A stretch of DNA of 64,000 nucleotides from Cyanobacteriota bacterium (GCA_046045965.1 JBJOKS010000005.1:1-64000); one strand, 5' to 3'. Shown: positions 1-10,451, numbered from the stretch's first letter. Program-made: numbers and translations. Notes: generated by a model not told the origin, from the sequence alone.

Positions 1-711
1 GGCTTTTATAGCTTTAACCAGTCACCCTACAGCGCCACGTGGCAGGGTTTCACCCTAGAATGGTATCAAAAACTATTCACTGATACTCGCATTTTATCAG
101 CTGTGAAAAACAGTTTACTTGTTGCCTTTAGTGCAGTTGCTGTTTCCGCTGTCTTAGGAACATTGATGGCTGTCGGCTTGGCACGTTATAATTTTCCTGG
201 GAAAAAACTGTATCAGGGAATATCTTATTTACCATTATTAATTCCCGATATTGCGATCGCAGTTGCTACCCTAGTTTGTTTAGCAGCCTTCGCCATACCC
301 TTGAGCATCTGGACAATTGTAGCAGCCCATATAGTTTTTTGTCTTGCCTACATTGCCCTAGTTGTATCTTCCCGACTCAATAACCTCAACCCCCACCTGG
401 AAGAAGCCGCACTAGACTTAGGTGCAACCCATATTCAAGCTTTTATCAAAGTTGTCCTCCCCCAATTAATGCCAGGTATTATATCTGGTTGCTTGTTAGC
501 TTTCGTCCTCAGTTTAGATGACTTTCTCATCTCCAGTTTCACTGCCGGTAGCGGTTCTAATACCCTACCAATGGAAATATTTAGCCGCATCAGAACGGGA
601 GTTAAACCTGATATTAATGCCCTTAGCGTCATGTTAATTTCCATCACCGCCACCGTTGCAATTATAGGTGAATTAATTCGCACTTCTGGAGAAAAACAAA
701 ATAATTCTTAA
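1..711 (+). CDS. potC: Spermidine/putrescine ABC transporter permease (5' end lies outside the window)
   Basis: Frame open from base 1 (GFYSFNQSPYSATWQGFTLEWY...); EAA loop EEAALDLGA; SLDDF and TLPMEIFSRIR motifs typical of PotC. Confidence 0.85.
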   Translation, partial: GFYSFNQSPYSATWQGFTLEWYQKLFTDTRILSAVKNSLLVAFSAVAVSAVLGTLMAVGLARYNFPGKKLYQGISYLPLLIPDIAIAVATLVCLAAFAIPLSIWTIVAAHIVFCLAYIALVVSSRLNNLNPHLEEAALDLGATHIQAFIKVVLPQLMPGIISGCLLAFVLSLDDFLISSFTAGSGSNTLPMEIFSRIRTGVKPDINALSVMLISITATVAIIGELIRTSGEKQNNS

Positions 712-1029
712 TTCGTTATGACTTTCCGTTATTAAAATTTTGGTGTGCAATCATAACATTATTAGCTTAGGCAAGTAGTCCAATTTTAGCATTTTTCTAC
801 ATCCAACATCTCTTTTAACAGTCATCATTGAGACAGTTATACCTTGAGCATTCAGGTTAGCATTGTGGAGACTAAACAAGCTATATAAGCAATTTTATCA
901 AGGGCGATCTATCCCACCCCATAACCTACTAGAGAAAAGCTGAAAAACAATAAACTTAGATGCTCGACCTCTTTCAGAAGTCGCGGATCTGAATGACTAA
1001 AAAAACAACAAAAATTATCACCTCAACAC

Positions 1030-1058
1030 TTGACAAATTCTCCAATCTATTTTAATAT
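1030..1058 (+). promoter_or_regulatory. Putative sigma70-type promoter of the kinase gene
   Basis: TTGACA-N17-TAATAT about 130 nt upstream of the ATG at 1186. Confidence 0.45.
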
Positions 1059-1185
1059 TATAATGGAAATCTGTGCGCCCATATATATACCCTTATTTAT
1101 TCCCACTGATAACTGATAAATGATAACTAATAACTAATTAAATATTGGGGCTGACTTTGGACAAAATGCTCTCTTACTCTCTACC

Positions 1186-3069
1186 ATGCAAATTTGTCAA
1201 AATCCCAATTGTTCAAACCCCTTCAACCCTAACTACAGTAAATTTTGCATCGTTTGCGGACATGGTAAATTTGGTGAAATGCTCAGAAACCGTTACCGTG
1301 TTTTGCGGTTATTAGGTGAAGGAGGGTTTAGCAAAACTTACGCAGCAGAAGACGTAGACAGACTCAACGCACCCTGCGTTATTAAGCAATTTTTCCCCCA
1401 AGTTCAGGGAACTGGACAACGTGCAAAAGCAGCCGAATTTTTCAAAGAAGAGGCTTTTAGATTATATGAACTAGGAGAAAATCATTCCCAAATTCCGCGA
1501 TTATTAGCTTACTTTGAACAAGGTTCAAGTTTGTATCTTGTCCAGGAATTTATTATTGGTAAAACACTCTTAGAAGAAGTTCAAGAACAGGCTTATACTG
1601 AAGTAGAAGTGCGTCAACTGCTATTAGACTTATTACCAGTTCTCGATTTTATTCACCAAAAAAATGTGATCCATCGGGATATCAAACCAGAAAATATTAT
1701 CCGTCGAAATGCAGATAAAAAACCTGTATTAATTGACTTTGGTGGTGCAAAACAAGTTACCCACACGAGTATCGCTAGACAAGCAACAGCTATTTATACT
1801 TTAGGTTATGCACCAACAGAACAAATGGCAGGTTTTGCTTGTCATGCGAGTGACTTATATGCTTTGGGTGTAACTTGTGTGCGGTTATTAACTCAAGATT
1901 TACCCATGCAACATACCTATGGACTTAAAGATCCTCTTTATGATCCTATGAATGCAAAATGGTTATGGGAAGAACGTTTACAACAGAAAGGTATTACTAT
2001 TAGTGATGATCTCAAGAAAATCTTAGAACACTTACTGCAACATTTTCCTAGTGATAGATATCAGTCAGCAACAGAAGTTTTACAAGATTTAAAACTTGAT
2101 TTAAAACCTGATTTAAAACCTGATTTAAAAATTGAATCATCACCCCCAGTAGAATTAAAAATTTCCCCCATTATTTCCCCCATTATCGAAACACCACAAC
2201 CACCACAAAAACGAATCGTTTCCGTACCACCTTTGGAAACCTTTGATTTTAATATTATTATTGTAGATACGGGTGGGAGAGAAGTTAACCGCGACAGAGG
2301 TAACGCCAAATTCTTTGCAGAAGAATTGAATAAAAATGTCAATTTAGAAATGGTATTAATTCCTGATGGTAGTTTTCTGATGGGTTCACCCGACTGTGAA
2401 GGTAATGCAGAGGAATATCCTCAACATCAAGTCATAGTTGAACCTTTTTATATGGGGAAATATCCCATTACTCAAGCACAGTGGAAAGCAGCAGCAGCAT
2501 TACCCAAAGTTACTCAAGATTTAAACCCCAACCCGGCAAAATTTAAAGGTGCAAATTTACCCATAGAAAACGTTTCTTGGTATGAAGCAATAGAATTTTG
2601 TTTGCGGTTGTCGTTGAAAACTGGTAGGAATTATCGTTTACCTAGTGAAGCAGAATGGGAATATGCTTGTCGTGCAGGAACTACCACATCTTTTCATTTT
2701 GGGGAGACTGTTGCTTCTGATTTAATTAACTGTAGTGGTAGTGAAACTTATGCAGTTGAACCCAAAAGTAATTTCTGCAATACCACAACAGATGTGGGTA
2801 GTTTTGATGTAGCCAATGCCTTTGGGTTGTATGATATGCACGGGTTAGTTTGGGAATGGTGTGCTGATCCTTGGCATAATAATTATCATGGCGCACCCAC
2901 GGATGGTAGTGTGTGGGATATTGGTGGTGATATCCATCGTCGGGTTTTGCGTGGTGGTGCTTGGAATTTCAGCGCGGAACTTTGTCGTAGTGCTAGTCGC
3001 AGTTGGAATGAAGCGGAAGGTGGTTTAAGGATGTCAGGTTTTCGGGTGGTTTTTTCTGCACAGGAATGA
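1186..3069 (+). CDS. Ser/Thr protein kinase with N-terminal Cys4 motif and C-terminal FGE-sulfatase (CLec-fold) domain
   Basis: CQNPNC..CIVC; GEGGFSKT, HRDIKPEN, DFG; RLPSEAEWEYACRAG, NAFGLYDMHG, RGGAW, GFRVV. Confidence 0.9.
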   Translation: MQICQNPNCSNPFNPNYSKFCIVCGHGKFGEMLRNRYRVLRLLGEGGFSKTYAAEDVDRLNAPCVIKQFFPQVQGTGQRAKAAEFFKEEAFRLYELGENHSQIPRLLAYFEQGSSLYLVQEFIIGKTLLEEVQEQAYTEVEVRQLLLDLLPVLDFIHQKNVIHRDIKPENIIRRNADKKPVLIDFGGAKQVTHTSIARQATAIYTLGYAPTEQMAGFACHASDLYALGVTCVRLLTQDLPMQHTYGLKDPLYDPMNAKWLWEERLQQKGITISDDLKKILEHLLQHFPSDRYQSATEVLQDLKLDLKPDLKPDLKIESSPPVELKISPIISPIIETPQPPQKRIVSVPPLETFDFNIIIVDTGGREVNRDRGNAKFFAEELNKNVNLEMVLIPDGSFLMGSPDCEGNAEEYPQHQVIVEPFYMGKYPITQAQWKAAAALPKVTQDLNPNPAKFKGANLPIENVSWYEAIEFCLRLSLKTGRNYRLPSEAEWEYACRAGTTTSFHFGETVASDLINCSGSETYAVEPKSNFCNTTTDVGSFDVANAFGLYDMHGLVWEWCADPWHNNYHGAPTDGSVWDIGGDIHRRVLRGGAWNFSAELCRSASRSWNEAEGGLRMSGFRVVFSAQE

Positions 3070-3169
3070 GTTTCGCGCAAAGAGGAGTATGGGGGATTGA
3101 CAATTGATTTTAAATTTGTTATCATGAAATTGATAAGGAAGAACTATTTAAAAATAAAGCTGTTTTACC

Positions 3170-3564
3170 TTGGTTTTCATCAAACAGCGATCGCTAAACA
3201 GCATTCAAAGAGGATTATTTTTGATATTTTTGATTGATATTTCAGTACGTCAAAGACAAGAACAAGATATTGATCAAGATGATCAGGAGTTGATTATGAA
3301 ACTATCGGAAATATATCAACAACAATTAGAAGAGATTAAAAAACAAGAAAGACAAGAGGGAAGACAAGAGGGACGACAAGAAGGAAAGGAATAGACAGAG
3401 AAAGACGCGCTATGATTGAAAGCATCATTCAAGTGCGGTTTGGGGAAGTTGATTCAGAATTATCAACAATAATTAATTCGCTGATGACCATGACTAGAGA
3501 AGAATTTACTCCATTACTATTGCAATTATCGCGTGAGGATTTATTAGCAAGATTTTCACAATAA
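3170..3564 (+). pseudogene. Frameshifted C-terminal remnant of a cyanobacterial QEG-repeat (Rpn/DUF4351-like) protein
   Basis: MKLSEIYQQQLEE..RQEGRQEGRQEG stops at 3394; another frame continues GIDRERRAMIESIIQVRFGEVDSEL..LLQLSREDLLARFSQ* to 3564; N-terminal domain absent. Confidence 0.65.
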
Positions 3565-3608
3565 AATTAAAATTGCAAACAAGATATTCGGAATATTCAG
3601 AATCAAAA

Positions 3609-3635
3609 AGGGGTAAAGCACAATGCTAAACCCCT
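3609..3635. terminator. Hairpin between convergent genes
   Basis: AGGGGT-AAAGCA-caa-TGCT-AA-ACCCCT imperfect inverted repeat with A/T flanks. Confidence 0.4.
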
Positions 3636-3662
3636 AAATTTTGATTTATTGTTCTAGGTTAA

Positions 3663-4628
3663 TTACACCAACTTCAAATCAGGATACTCAGCAAACAAAT
3701 CATCTGTAGTCAAAGTATCACCTTCGGCTTGGGGAGTCCACAGCACTTCAAGAGCTAAAAGTTGCTCACCAGGAAGACTACCAATTTGTCGCAAAGCTTG
3801 ACGTAAATCATCCGCGCTGTTAATTTGGGGAATTTCCCATTTACCCAAGGTTGCAGCTAATAAGGTGACAATGATATATTCTCCAGGACCTTCACTAATT
3901 AAACGAGTAGGGTTATCCACATCACCTGGTAATTCTTTAGCCAAAACAGATTTTAGCTGATTGTTAACGTTAGAAAGAGTTTCTTCGCTAAATTTGCTGC
4001 GTTCTGCTAATGATAAACGGTTGAATTGAGATTCAGCAGCATTTAATTTTGCTTGTTGTGTACCACCACCAGCATAAACCCAATATTCAGGATGACGCAG
4101 TAAAGCTAGACTTGCTTCTTGTAAAATTTCGGCTTTACCTGCTGCGGTGTTGGTGTCAGCTTTTTCAGCTATTTGGTTGAGTTCGGTTTGTAAACCTCTA
4201 GCTTGCGCTAATAAACCAACTTGTAACCGGGTAACGGAAACAGTCGGGTTACTGTTATAACCTAAATCTTCAGTGTCTCCACTGCTGACACGGCGGAAAG
4301 TTTGGACTAAAAAGTTAGCGATCGCAAAGAATATCAAAATTGTGAACACACCACCAAAACCACCACCAATACCCCAAAAAGGAATTAGGAACGGAAAACC
4401 AAAACCACCACCGGGATAATAACCCCCACCCCCAGGAGGTGCGTAAGTCCGGGGTGTATAAGTGCGGCTAGAAGGCATTCTAAACGAACCCCCACCAATA
4501 CGTCCACCACTGCGTGCGGCTAAAGCACCATCAGCGTTACCCAGTGCTAGAGTCAGCACCAGACCGAAGACAAAGGAAATTTTTAACAGGGGTTTCAGGA
4601 TTGCTTGTATTTTTTTACGCATAATCAT
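3663..4628 (-). CDS. DUF1517 family membrane protein (FLAP1-like)
   Basis: Signal peptide, ARSGGRIGGGSF Gly-rich segment, TM helix, LALLRHPEYW, C-terminal YPDLKLV. Confidence 0.85.
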   Translation of the reverse strand: MIMRKKIQAILKPLLKISFVFGLVLTLALGNADGALAARSGGRIGGGSFRMPSSRTYTPRTYAPPGGGGYYPGGGFGFPFLIPFWGIGGGFGGVFTILIFFAIANFLVQTFRRVSSGDTEDLGYNSNPTVSVTRLQVGLLAQARGLQTELNQIAEKADTNTAAGKAEILQEASLALLRHPEYWVYAGGGTQQAKLNAAESQFNRLSLAERSKFSEETLSNVNNQLKSVLAKELPGDVDNPTRLISEGPGEYIIVTLLAATLGKWEIPQINSADDLRQALRQIGSLPGEQLLALEVLWTPQAEGDTLTTDDLFAEYPDLKLV

Positions 4629-4726
4629 CTTTAGAAAAACAGTATTTTTAAGATTTTTCTCCTACTGCAAGGAGGTTGACAAGGTGAGAGATAATAGCTG
4701 TAAGCAGACTTGAAGAAATCCTCAGC

Positions 4727-4824
4727 TATAGCAGGGGTCAGGAGTCAGGAGTCAGAAGTAAAAGCCTGTTGTCGTGGAAGTTTCATGATCAATTGATGTC
4801 CTAACCACCCTTTCCACAGCTATA
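4727..4824. mobile_element. MITE-like element containing CAGGAGT heptamers
   Basis: TA-TAGCAGGGG...CCACAGCTA-TA ends; a partial related copy lies at about 59910-59972 (caggagtaaaagc..agtttcatgattaattgatgt). Confidence 0.5.
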
Positions 4825-5815
4825 TATTTAATCTACCGTGTATTATCTCGACTTGGCAGAGAAAAGCGAAGAGATTCCTTGGTTGATAACCGTACCGCGA
4901 AATATTTTGGCAACAGCAAAACTTTGGAATCAATTAATTATTACCTTCTCAGGGTGATTAGATACTTCCTGGCCATAATTTTGACGCAGGACTGACAAGC
5001 AGTCCGTTAAATTATTTTTCATAGCGACTCAGAGTAACTAATTTTTTTCCGGATAGAGAAAGAATATTCAGCACATATTGGCAGAGGGGTTTAAGTAATC
5101 AATGATCGGTAATCAGTTATCAGTTGAAATTTACATCACTTAGCTTTAGGTATTCTAAATTTATACCTTTTAACGGTTCACTGATTTAATGCTTGTAATT
5201 TAATCACCATAATAAATAACGGTATTAACTATGGGAAACGAGAAAATATGAGTACCAGAATTACATCATCCTTTTGGCAGAAAAACTCTAACGCAAAGGA
5301 GCAAATTTCAGATTTTATCTGGCATTTTGGCAAGAATTTTCGCAATATTTGAGCTAATCTTGTAGTATCAGCTAGATTCAGTAATTTACCCAGCAGTCTC
5401 TATACAATTACTGGATTAGATCAGCGATAAACTCTATATCTATTTCATCAGGTAAAAATCCTCCTTTGGTAATAAATTGGCATAAAAATAGAGAATAAAT
5501 AATTTTATTTATACCAATCTTTCGACCAATTTGGGATAGTGAATCTTGTTGGCATTTTTTCAGGAACATCTTAATTCATCCAAACTTGGCAGCAGCAATT
5601 TAAAAAATCAATCTTGTTTCATGATCATGTCTATCTTCCAACTTAATAAGGAGTCTATTTTAATCCTGATAAAAATTGGATTTTGATATTTTGATTTGGA
5701 GATAAAACCTAACAAGCTGCTTAAGCCAGTATTTTTTCATTGGTTAAACAGGATTATAAAAAAAATCAGAAATTCGTTTACTTAAGGATTTGAAGTTTAT
5801 TTATCAACCTGAATC

Positions 5816-7072
5816 ATGGAACATATTTCACAACTAGGGACACAGATTAGGGAGAAAACCGCTGACCCAGATATCCTAGTTATCTCCCGCATATTTCAGC
5901 CCCAAGAAGCTGTAATTGGAGAATATGTCTATAATCGTTGTTTGCAAGATCCAGACAGAGTAATTGTCCTGGCTGCTGGTTGCTGTGGAGATAAAATATT
6001 TGATCAAGCGCAACAATTTCCAGTTTATCGGTGGATTAACTTTAGTCTTTGGGTAAGTTTATTTGGTAGTAATTTGTTGAGTAATATATTCAAGCCAGTC
6101 CTTAATTTCGTTAATGTTATTTGCTCATTATTACTAGCCATCAAACTATATTTTCGCTATCATTACCGCTACATTGAATGGTGTCACGGCTACGATTTCC
6201 CAGCCCTGTTATTACTCAGTTATATCTTGCCTATTCGCTTTTTTATCTACCTCCACGGTAATGATTTGGTTGATATTTCTCGTCATCCTTTATGGCGATC
6301 ACTATTTAAAATTACCCTCAAACGAGCCGAAGGAATTGTTTGTCACAGTTCTTATATGAGAGGAAATTTAAGAAAAAGTTTTCGTTTCGATACTCCTACT
6401 CATGTCATTAACCCAGTAGTGAGACCAGAGAAATTCGGTACTCCCACCAGTCTTAGTCATCTGGATGATTTACGTATCCGCCTACGTCAAACTTACAATA
6501 TTCCTGAAACTGCAATAGTCATTCTTTCTGTTGGTAGATTAGTTAAACATAAAAGCTTTGACCGCGTAATAGATAACATCCCTTTACTATTAACTATTGG
6601 TGTAGATGTCCACTACATAATTTGCGGACAGGGACCAGAAGAACAACAACTAAAATCTCAATCCCAACGTTTGCGAGTAGATAAAAGAGTTCATTTTGCT
6701 GGTTATGTATCTGAACGGGAATTAGTCGGTTATTATGCAGCCTGTGACATTTTCGCCATGTTGACTTTAGAGGAAGACAAAACCAAAACCATAGATAATT
6801 TGGAAATGGTTCACTTAGAAGCAGAATACTTTGGTAAACCTATTATTGCCTCTCGCTTAGGGAGTATTTTAGATGCAGTCCACCATGAAGAAAATGGCCT
6901 GTTGGTAAATCCCGACTCTGGTTATGAAGTTTTACAAGCTTTTAAACGTTTGTGTCAAGACCAACAACTGCGGGAAAAACTCGGTCGTCAAGGACAAGAA
7001 TTAGCTAAACGCAAAACCTATCACCGTTGGTTATATAATCCTGAATCTCGTTATTCTTGTATATTGAATTAG
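5816..7072 (+). CDS. Glycosyltransferase family 4 (GT-B fold)
   Basis: LSVGRLVKHK, YYAACDIF, LEAEYFGKPIIAS, ENGLLVNP. Confidence 0.85.
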   Translation: MEHISQLGTQIREKTADPDILVISRIFQPQEAVIGEYVYNRCLQDPDRVIVLAAGCCGDKIFDQAQQFPVYRWINFSLWVSLFGSNLLSNIFKPVLNFVNVICSLLLAIKLYFRYHYRYIEWCHGYDFPALLLLSYILPIRFFIYLHGNDLVDISRHPLWRSLFKITLKRAEGIVCHSSYMRGNLRKSFRFDTPTHVINPVVRPEKFGTPTSLSHLDDLRIRLRQTYNIPETAIVILSVGRLVKHKSFDRVIDNIPLLLTIGVDVHYIICGQGPEEQQLKSQSQRLRVDKRVHFAGYVSERELVGYYAACDIFAMLTLEEDKTKTIDNLEMVHLEAEYFGKPIIASRLGSILDAVHHEENGLLVNPDSGYEVLQAFKRLCQDQQLREKLGRQGQELAKRKTYHRWLYNPESRYSCILN

Positions 7073-7117
7073 GGACTGGGGACTGGGGACTGGGGACTGG
7101 GGACTGGGGACTGGGGA
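7072..7117. repeat. STRR heptamer array (GGGGACT)n
   Basis: About 6 tandem copies between convergent genes. Confidence 0.9.
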
Positions 7118-7121
7118 TTAA

Positions 7122-7331
7122 TTATCCTCCACCGACGATGGTAACAACTTCCAAGCGATCGCCATTATTAATTTTAGTTTCTGTCCAAAACTGACGGTGT
7201 AAAATTTCACCATTATATTCCACCGCCACCAAACGAGGATTAAAACCCAACTGCTGAAGTAATTCTGGTAAAGGCGTTTGGGATAAACAACTGCGAGTTT
7301 CCCCATTTACGTGTAATGTAATTTCATTCAT
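7122..7331 (-). CDS. thiS: Sulfur carrier protein ThiS
   Basis: 69 aa, VAVEYNGEI, C-terminal VGGG, downstream of thiE. Confidence 0.92.
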   Translation of the reverse strand: MNEITLHVNGETRSCLSQTPLPELLQQLGFNPRLVAVEYNGEILHRQFWTETKINNGDRLEVVTIVGGG

Positions 7332-7341
7332 AATTCATAAC

Positions 7342-7450
7342 AGGTAATTGGTAATTGGTAATTGGTAATTGGTAATTGGTAATTGGTAAAAATCTTCTCC
7401 CCTGCTCCCCCTGCTTCCCCTGCTCCCCAGTCCCCAGTCCCCAGTCCCCT
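7342..7450. repeat. STRR arrays (GGTAATT)n and (CCCCAGT/CCCCTGC)n
   Basis: Tandem heptamers between thiE and thiS. Confidence 0.85.
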
Positions 7451-7452
7451 GA

Positions 7453-8496
7453 CTACTTCCGAAAAAGCTGAGAAATAAAATATTGTGTGACTAAAGTAGG
7501 TTGTTCAGCTTGCATGAGCGATCGCACCACAGCTACCCGTTGCGCTCCTGCATCAATCACATCATTAATATTACTAGCATCTATTCCCCCAATGGCAAAC
7601 CAAGGAATTGAACAATTTTTAGCTGCATAGCTCACATAATTTAAGCCTGCTGCGGCTTTACCTGCTTTAGTCGGCGTTTCATACACAGGACCCACACCAA
7701 TATAATCTGCACCTTCAGTAATTGCCCCTTGCATTTCTTGGGGATTTGTGGTAGAACGACCTATCAAACGCTGCGGACCCAACAATTGACGTGCTACAGC
7801 AATAGGCATATCTTGTTGTCCTAAATGCACCCCATCCGCATCTACAGCCAAAGCCAAATCTACCCTGTCATTGATAATAAACAAAGCGCCGTAATCGTGA
7901 CATAACTGCTTGAGTTTCCTAGCTCTGTCTAAACGAATCAGATCATCAGCAGTTTTTTCTCGATACTGTAGCAGACTTAATCCGCCTTTGAGAGAAGCTT
8001 CCACAGTCTCCAGCAAATTATCTACCGGAGATGTTACCAAATACAAGTGCGATCGCCACAGTAATTGATGGCGTTGATGACCCATCAAAGTGCTTTCCAG
8101 GGTATAAACCTGATAGCGCATTTGCTTAAAAACTTTCCCCATTTCAGCATCATGAAGTTTGCCATATTCCTCAAGTACCCTCAAAGCTTCTTGGATACGG
8201 CAAAAATTAGCTTGTAACAACGATGTAATCGAACTGCGTTGTTCTTCGTGGGGATGGGTTAAATCAGTACCAGGATCACCAGGTGTATCACGTGCTGCCC
8301 TAATTTGTGGCGTATGCCACTTACTGACCTCTTGACGTAAGTGCTTACAGGCTTCAGCTAACGTGGCATCATTCAAACCAAAACGACACCATTCCTCAAT
8401 AATTCGCAACCCTTCACGGGCGCGGTCTAAATTTGCGTCTAAAATGCGATAAACCACTTGTTGTATTTGTTGTTTTTGGCTGTGGGCTTCGACCAT
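7453..8496 (-). CDS. thiE: Thiamine-phosphate synthase, cyanobacterial long form
   Basis: RILDANLDRAREGLR N-domain; QYREK, NDRVD, GVHLGQQD, TPTK, AIGGI. Confidence 0.95.
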   Translation of the reverse strand: MVEAHSQKQQIQQVVYRILDANLDRAREGLRIIEEWCRFGLNDATLAEACKHLRQEVSKWHTPQIRAARDTPGDPGTDLTHPHEEQRSSITSLLQANFCRIQEALRVLEEYGKLHDAEMGKVFKQMRYQVYTLESTLMGHQRHQLLWRSHLYLVTSPVDNLLETVEASLKGGLSLLQYREKTADDLIRLDRARKLKQLCHDYGALFIINDRVDLALAVDADGVHLGQQDMPIAVARQLLGPQRLIGRSTTNPQEMQGAITEGADYIGVGPVYETPTKAGKAAAGLNYVSYAAKNCSIPWFAIGGIDASNINDVIDAGAQRVAVVRSLMQAEQPTLVTQYFISQLFRK

Positions 8497-8740
8497 TAAA
8501 CTAACCCCGTTTGTAGTTTCACAAAAACCTCCAGCCTGTTACATAATATCTGCATTTTGGCTGATTTTTGTTAAAGATTTACTAATTAACTGGTATGAAA
8601 AATACCCAATTGGTGAAACTATGAGAAAATTATAAATATTACCAATAGTTCCTTGATTGTACAAACCGCCCGGATTTACCCGTAGGGTAAGTGAAAAATC
8701 CAAAATCGGATAACGGTTTGAGCGTATAAAAATAATTTGT

Positions 8741-10450
8741 GTGTTTTTCAGGAGTTATATAAATTTCATGTCTCCCCTTAAATGGTTTAATAAGCGTCTA
8801 CTAGATATCCTGTCAACAAAGCTGACTTGTTCCTACCGGCTTAAACCTTCAGTTATACCCACCTCAATATTGAGTGTGAGCGTTGCTTTAGGAATAGGGA
8901 GTATAACACTTTTAGAGACAAATTTTAGCAGTGCCATTGCTCAGATTACCATCAGAACAGAACAGAAACTCAACAATGAGAGAACAATTTCTCAGGTTAA
9001 CCTCCTGTTTGTCAACCCCAGTATCGGCAATGGACTAAGTGGGAATGGCAGTGAAATCGCTCCTTTGAAGACAATTACACAGGCATTGCAACTAGCACAA
9101 CCAAATACTGTGATTATGCTTGCTCCTGGTACATACAGCCCCAACACAGGAGAAATATTTCCCTTATTCCTCAAACCAGGTGTAGCAATTCAAGGAGATG
9201 TTGGTAACAAAGGCACAGGTGTAAAGATTTTAGGCGGTGGTGAATACTTCAGTCGCAGTTTTGGCCGTCAAAACGTGGCCATTGTTGGTGCAAATCAAGC
9301 CAGTTTAAGCGGTGTAACAGTCACCAACACCAACGGTCGTGGTTATGGTTTATGGATTGAATCTGCTAATACTGTAGTTGAGGAAAATACCTTTACTGGT
9401 AATACCCAAGATGGAATTTCCATCACTGGTAATGCTACTCCCACCATTCGCAAAAATTATTTTCAGGGTAATGGTGCTAATGGAATGACAGTTTCTGGTA
9501 ATGCTCGTGCTGAAATTCGGGAAAATATCTTTCAGCGCACCGGTTTTGGGATTAACATTGCCCAAAATGCTGCTCCTGTAATTGTTGGTAATCAGATATT
9601 GGACAATAGAACAGGGATTGTAATTCAAGCCAATACCAGCCCAATTTTGCGGAATAATCTCATTCAAGGCAGTCAAGAAGATGGTTTGGTGATCATTGCC
9701 CAGGCTACACCAGATTTAGGTAGTAGCAGAGAACCAGGGGGTAATGAATTTAGAAATAATCGCCGCTATGATATTAACGCCAAAGCTGCCAAGCAAGTAA
9801 TTTATGCGGCTGGCAATAACCTTAATAAAAATCGCATCAGCCCTAATGTAGATACTAGCGGGAGAACAGCACCAATTGTCAGGAATTCTCCAGCTACGTC
9901 TGTACCTGTACAGGAAATACCTACAGAACCAGAAATAGTTTTTGCTGCTCCCAATATTCCCAGAACTTTTAACCCGTCTGGTGTGATTTTATCCAATGAC
10001 AGAAATACACGCCCCAATAGCCAATTACCACAGCTACCAGTTACTAATTTACAGGGTTCTTTAGCCAGTAATAATTCCCAACCCAGGACTAGGGAAATAC
10101 AAGCTACACCGCAATTTAATTATGTACAGGTTGAACCGGGAGTAATTGAGTTTGTTGCACCTCAAGCATCCCTCCCCACACCGACAACTGTTAACAATTC
10201 CAGAATAGTTTCAGCACCCACAAATTTTGCAGCCTCTCGTCCGGGTTTACGTTATCGCGTTATAGTACCAATTACCAGCGACACACAACAGGAATTAGTG
10301 CGTTCTATAGCCCCTGATGCTTTTTCTAGAGTCTTCCAAGGTCGCAGAGTCATACAAGTGGGAGTTTTTAGCAGTCAAGATAGTGCCAATCAAATGCTGC
10401 AAACTTTGACTAGCATGGGTTTCAGAGGCATTGTTCAGCCTTTTAATTAA
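8741..10450 (+). CDS. DUF1565 / right-handed beta-helix protein with C-terminal SPOR-like domain (start uncertain)
   Basis: PLKTITQAL..LAPGTYS..GEIFPL; Asn/Gly beta-helix repeats; IQVGVFSSQDSA. Confidence 0.75.
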   Translation: MFFRSYINFMSPLKWFNKRLLDILSTKLTCSYRLKPSVIPTSILSVSVALGIGSITLLETNFSSAIAQITIRTEQKLNNERTISQVNLLFVNPSIGNGLSGNGSEIAPLKTITQALQLAQPNTVIMLAPGTYSPNTGEIFPLFLKPGVAIQGDVGNKGTGVKILGGGEYFSRSFGRQNVAIVGANQASLSGVTVTNTNGRGYGLWIESANTVVEENTFTGNTQDGISITGNATPTIRKNYFQGNGANGMTVSGNARAEIRENIFQRTGFGINIAQNAAPVIVGNQILDNRTGIVIQANTSPILRNNLIQGSQEDGLVIIAQATPDLGSSREPGGNEFRNNRRYDINAKAAKQVIYAAGNNLNKNRISPNVDTSGRTAPIVRNSPATSVPVQEIPTEPEIVFAAPNIPRTFNPSGVILSNDRNTRPNSQLPQLPVTNLQGSLASNNSQPRTREIQATPQFNYVQVEPGVIEFVAPQASLPTPTTVNNSRIVSAPTNFAASRPGLRYRVIVPITSDTQQELVRSIAPDAFSRVFQGRRVIQVGVFSSQDSANQMLQTLTSMGFRGIVQPFN

Positions 10451-10451
10451 T

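Noticed and set aside
958..990. Degenerate palindrome AGATGCTCGACCTC..GAAGTCGCGGATCT as an ncRNA
   Set aside because: Looks like a decayed REP-like repeat; single copy here and no evidence of expression
1186..3600. Complete DGR locus
   Set aside because: No reverse transcriptase, accessory gene or template repeat seen in the window
5048..5053. TCCGGA as a heterocyst DIF1 promoter motif
   Set aside because: A single 6-mer about 760 bp from the next start codon; unsupported without start-site data
8497..8740. TPP riboswitch upstream of thiE
   Set aside because: Conserved TPP aptamer motifs were not found on the minus strand
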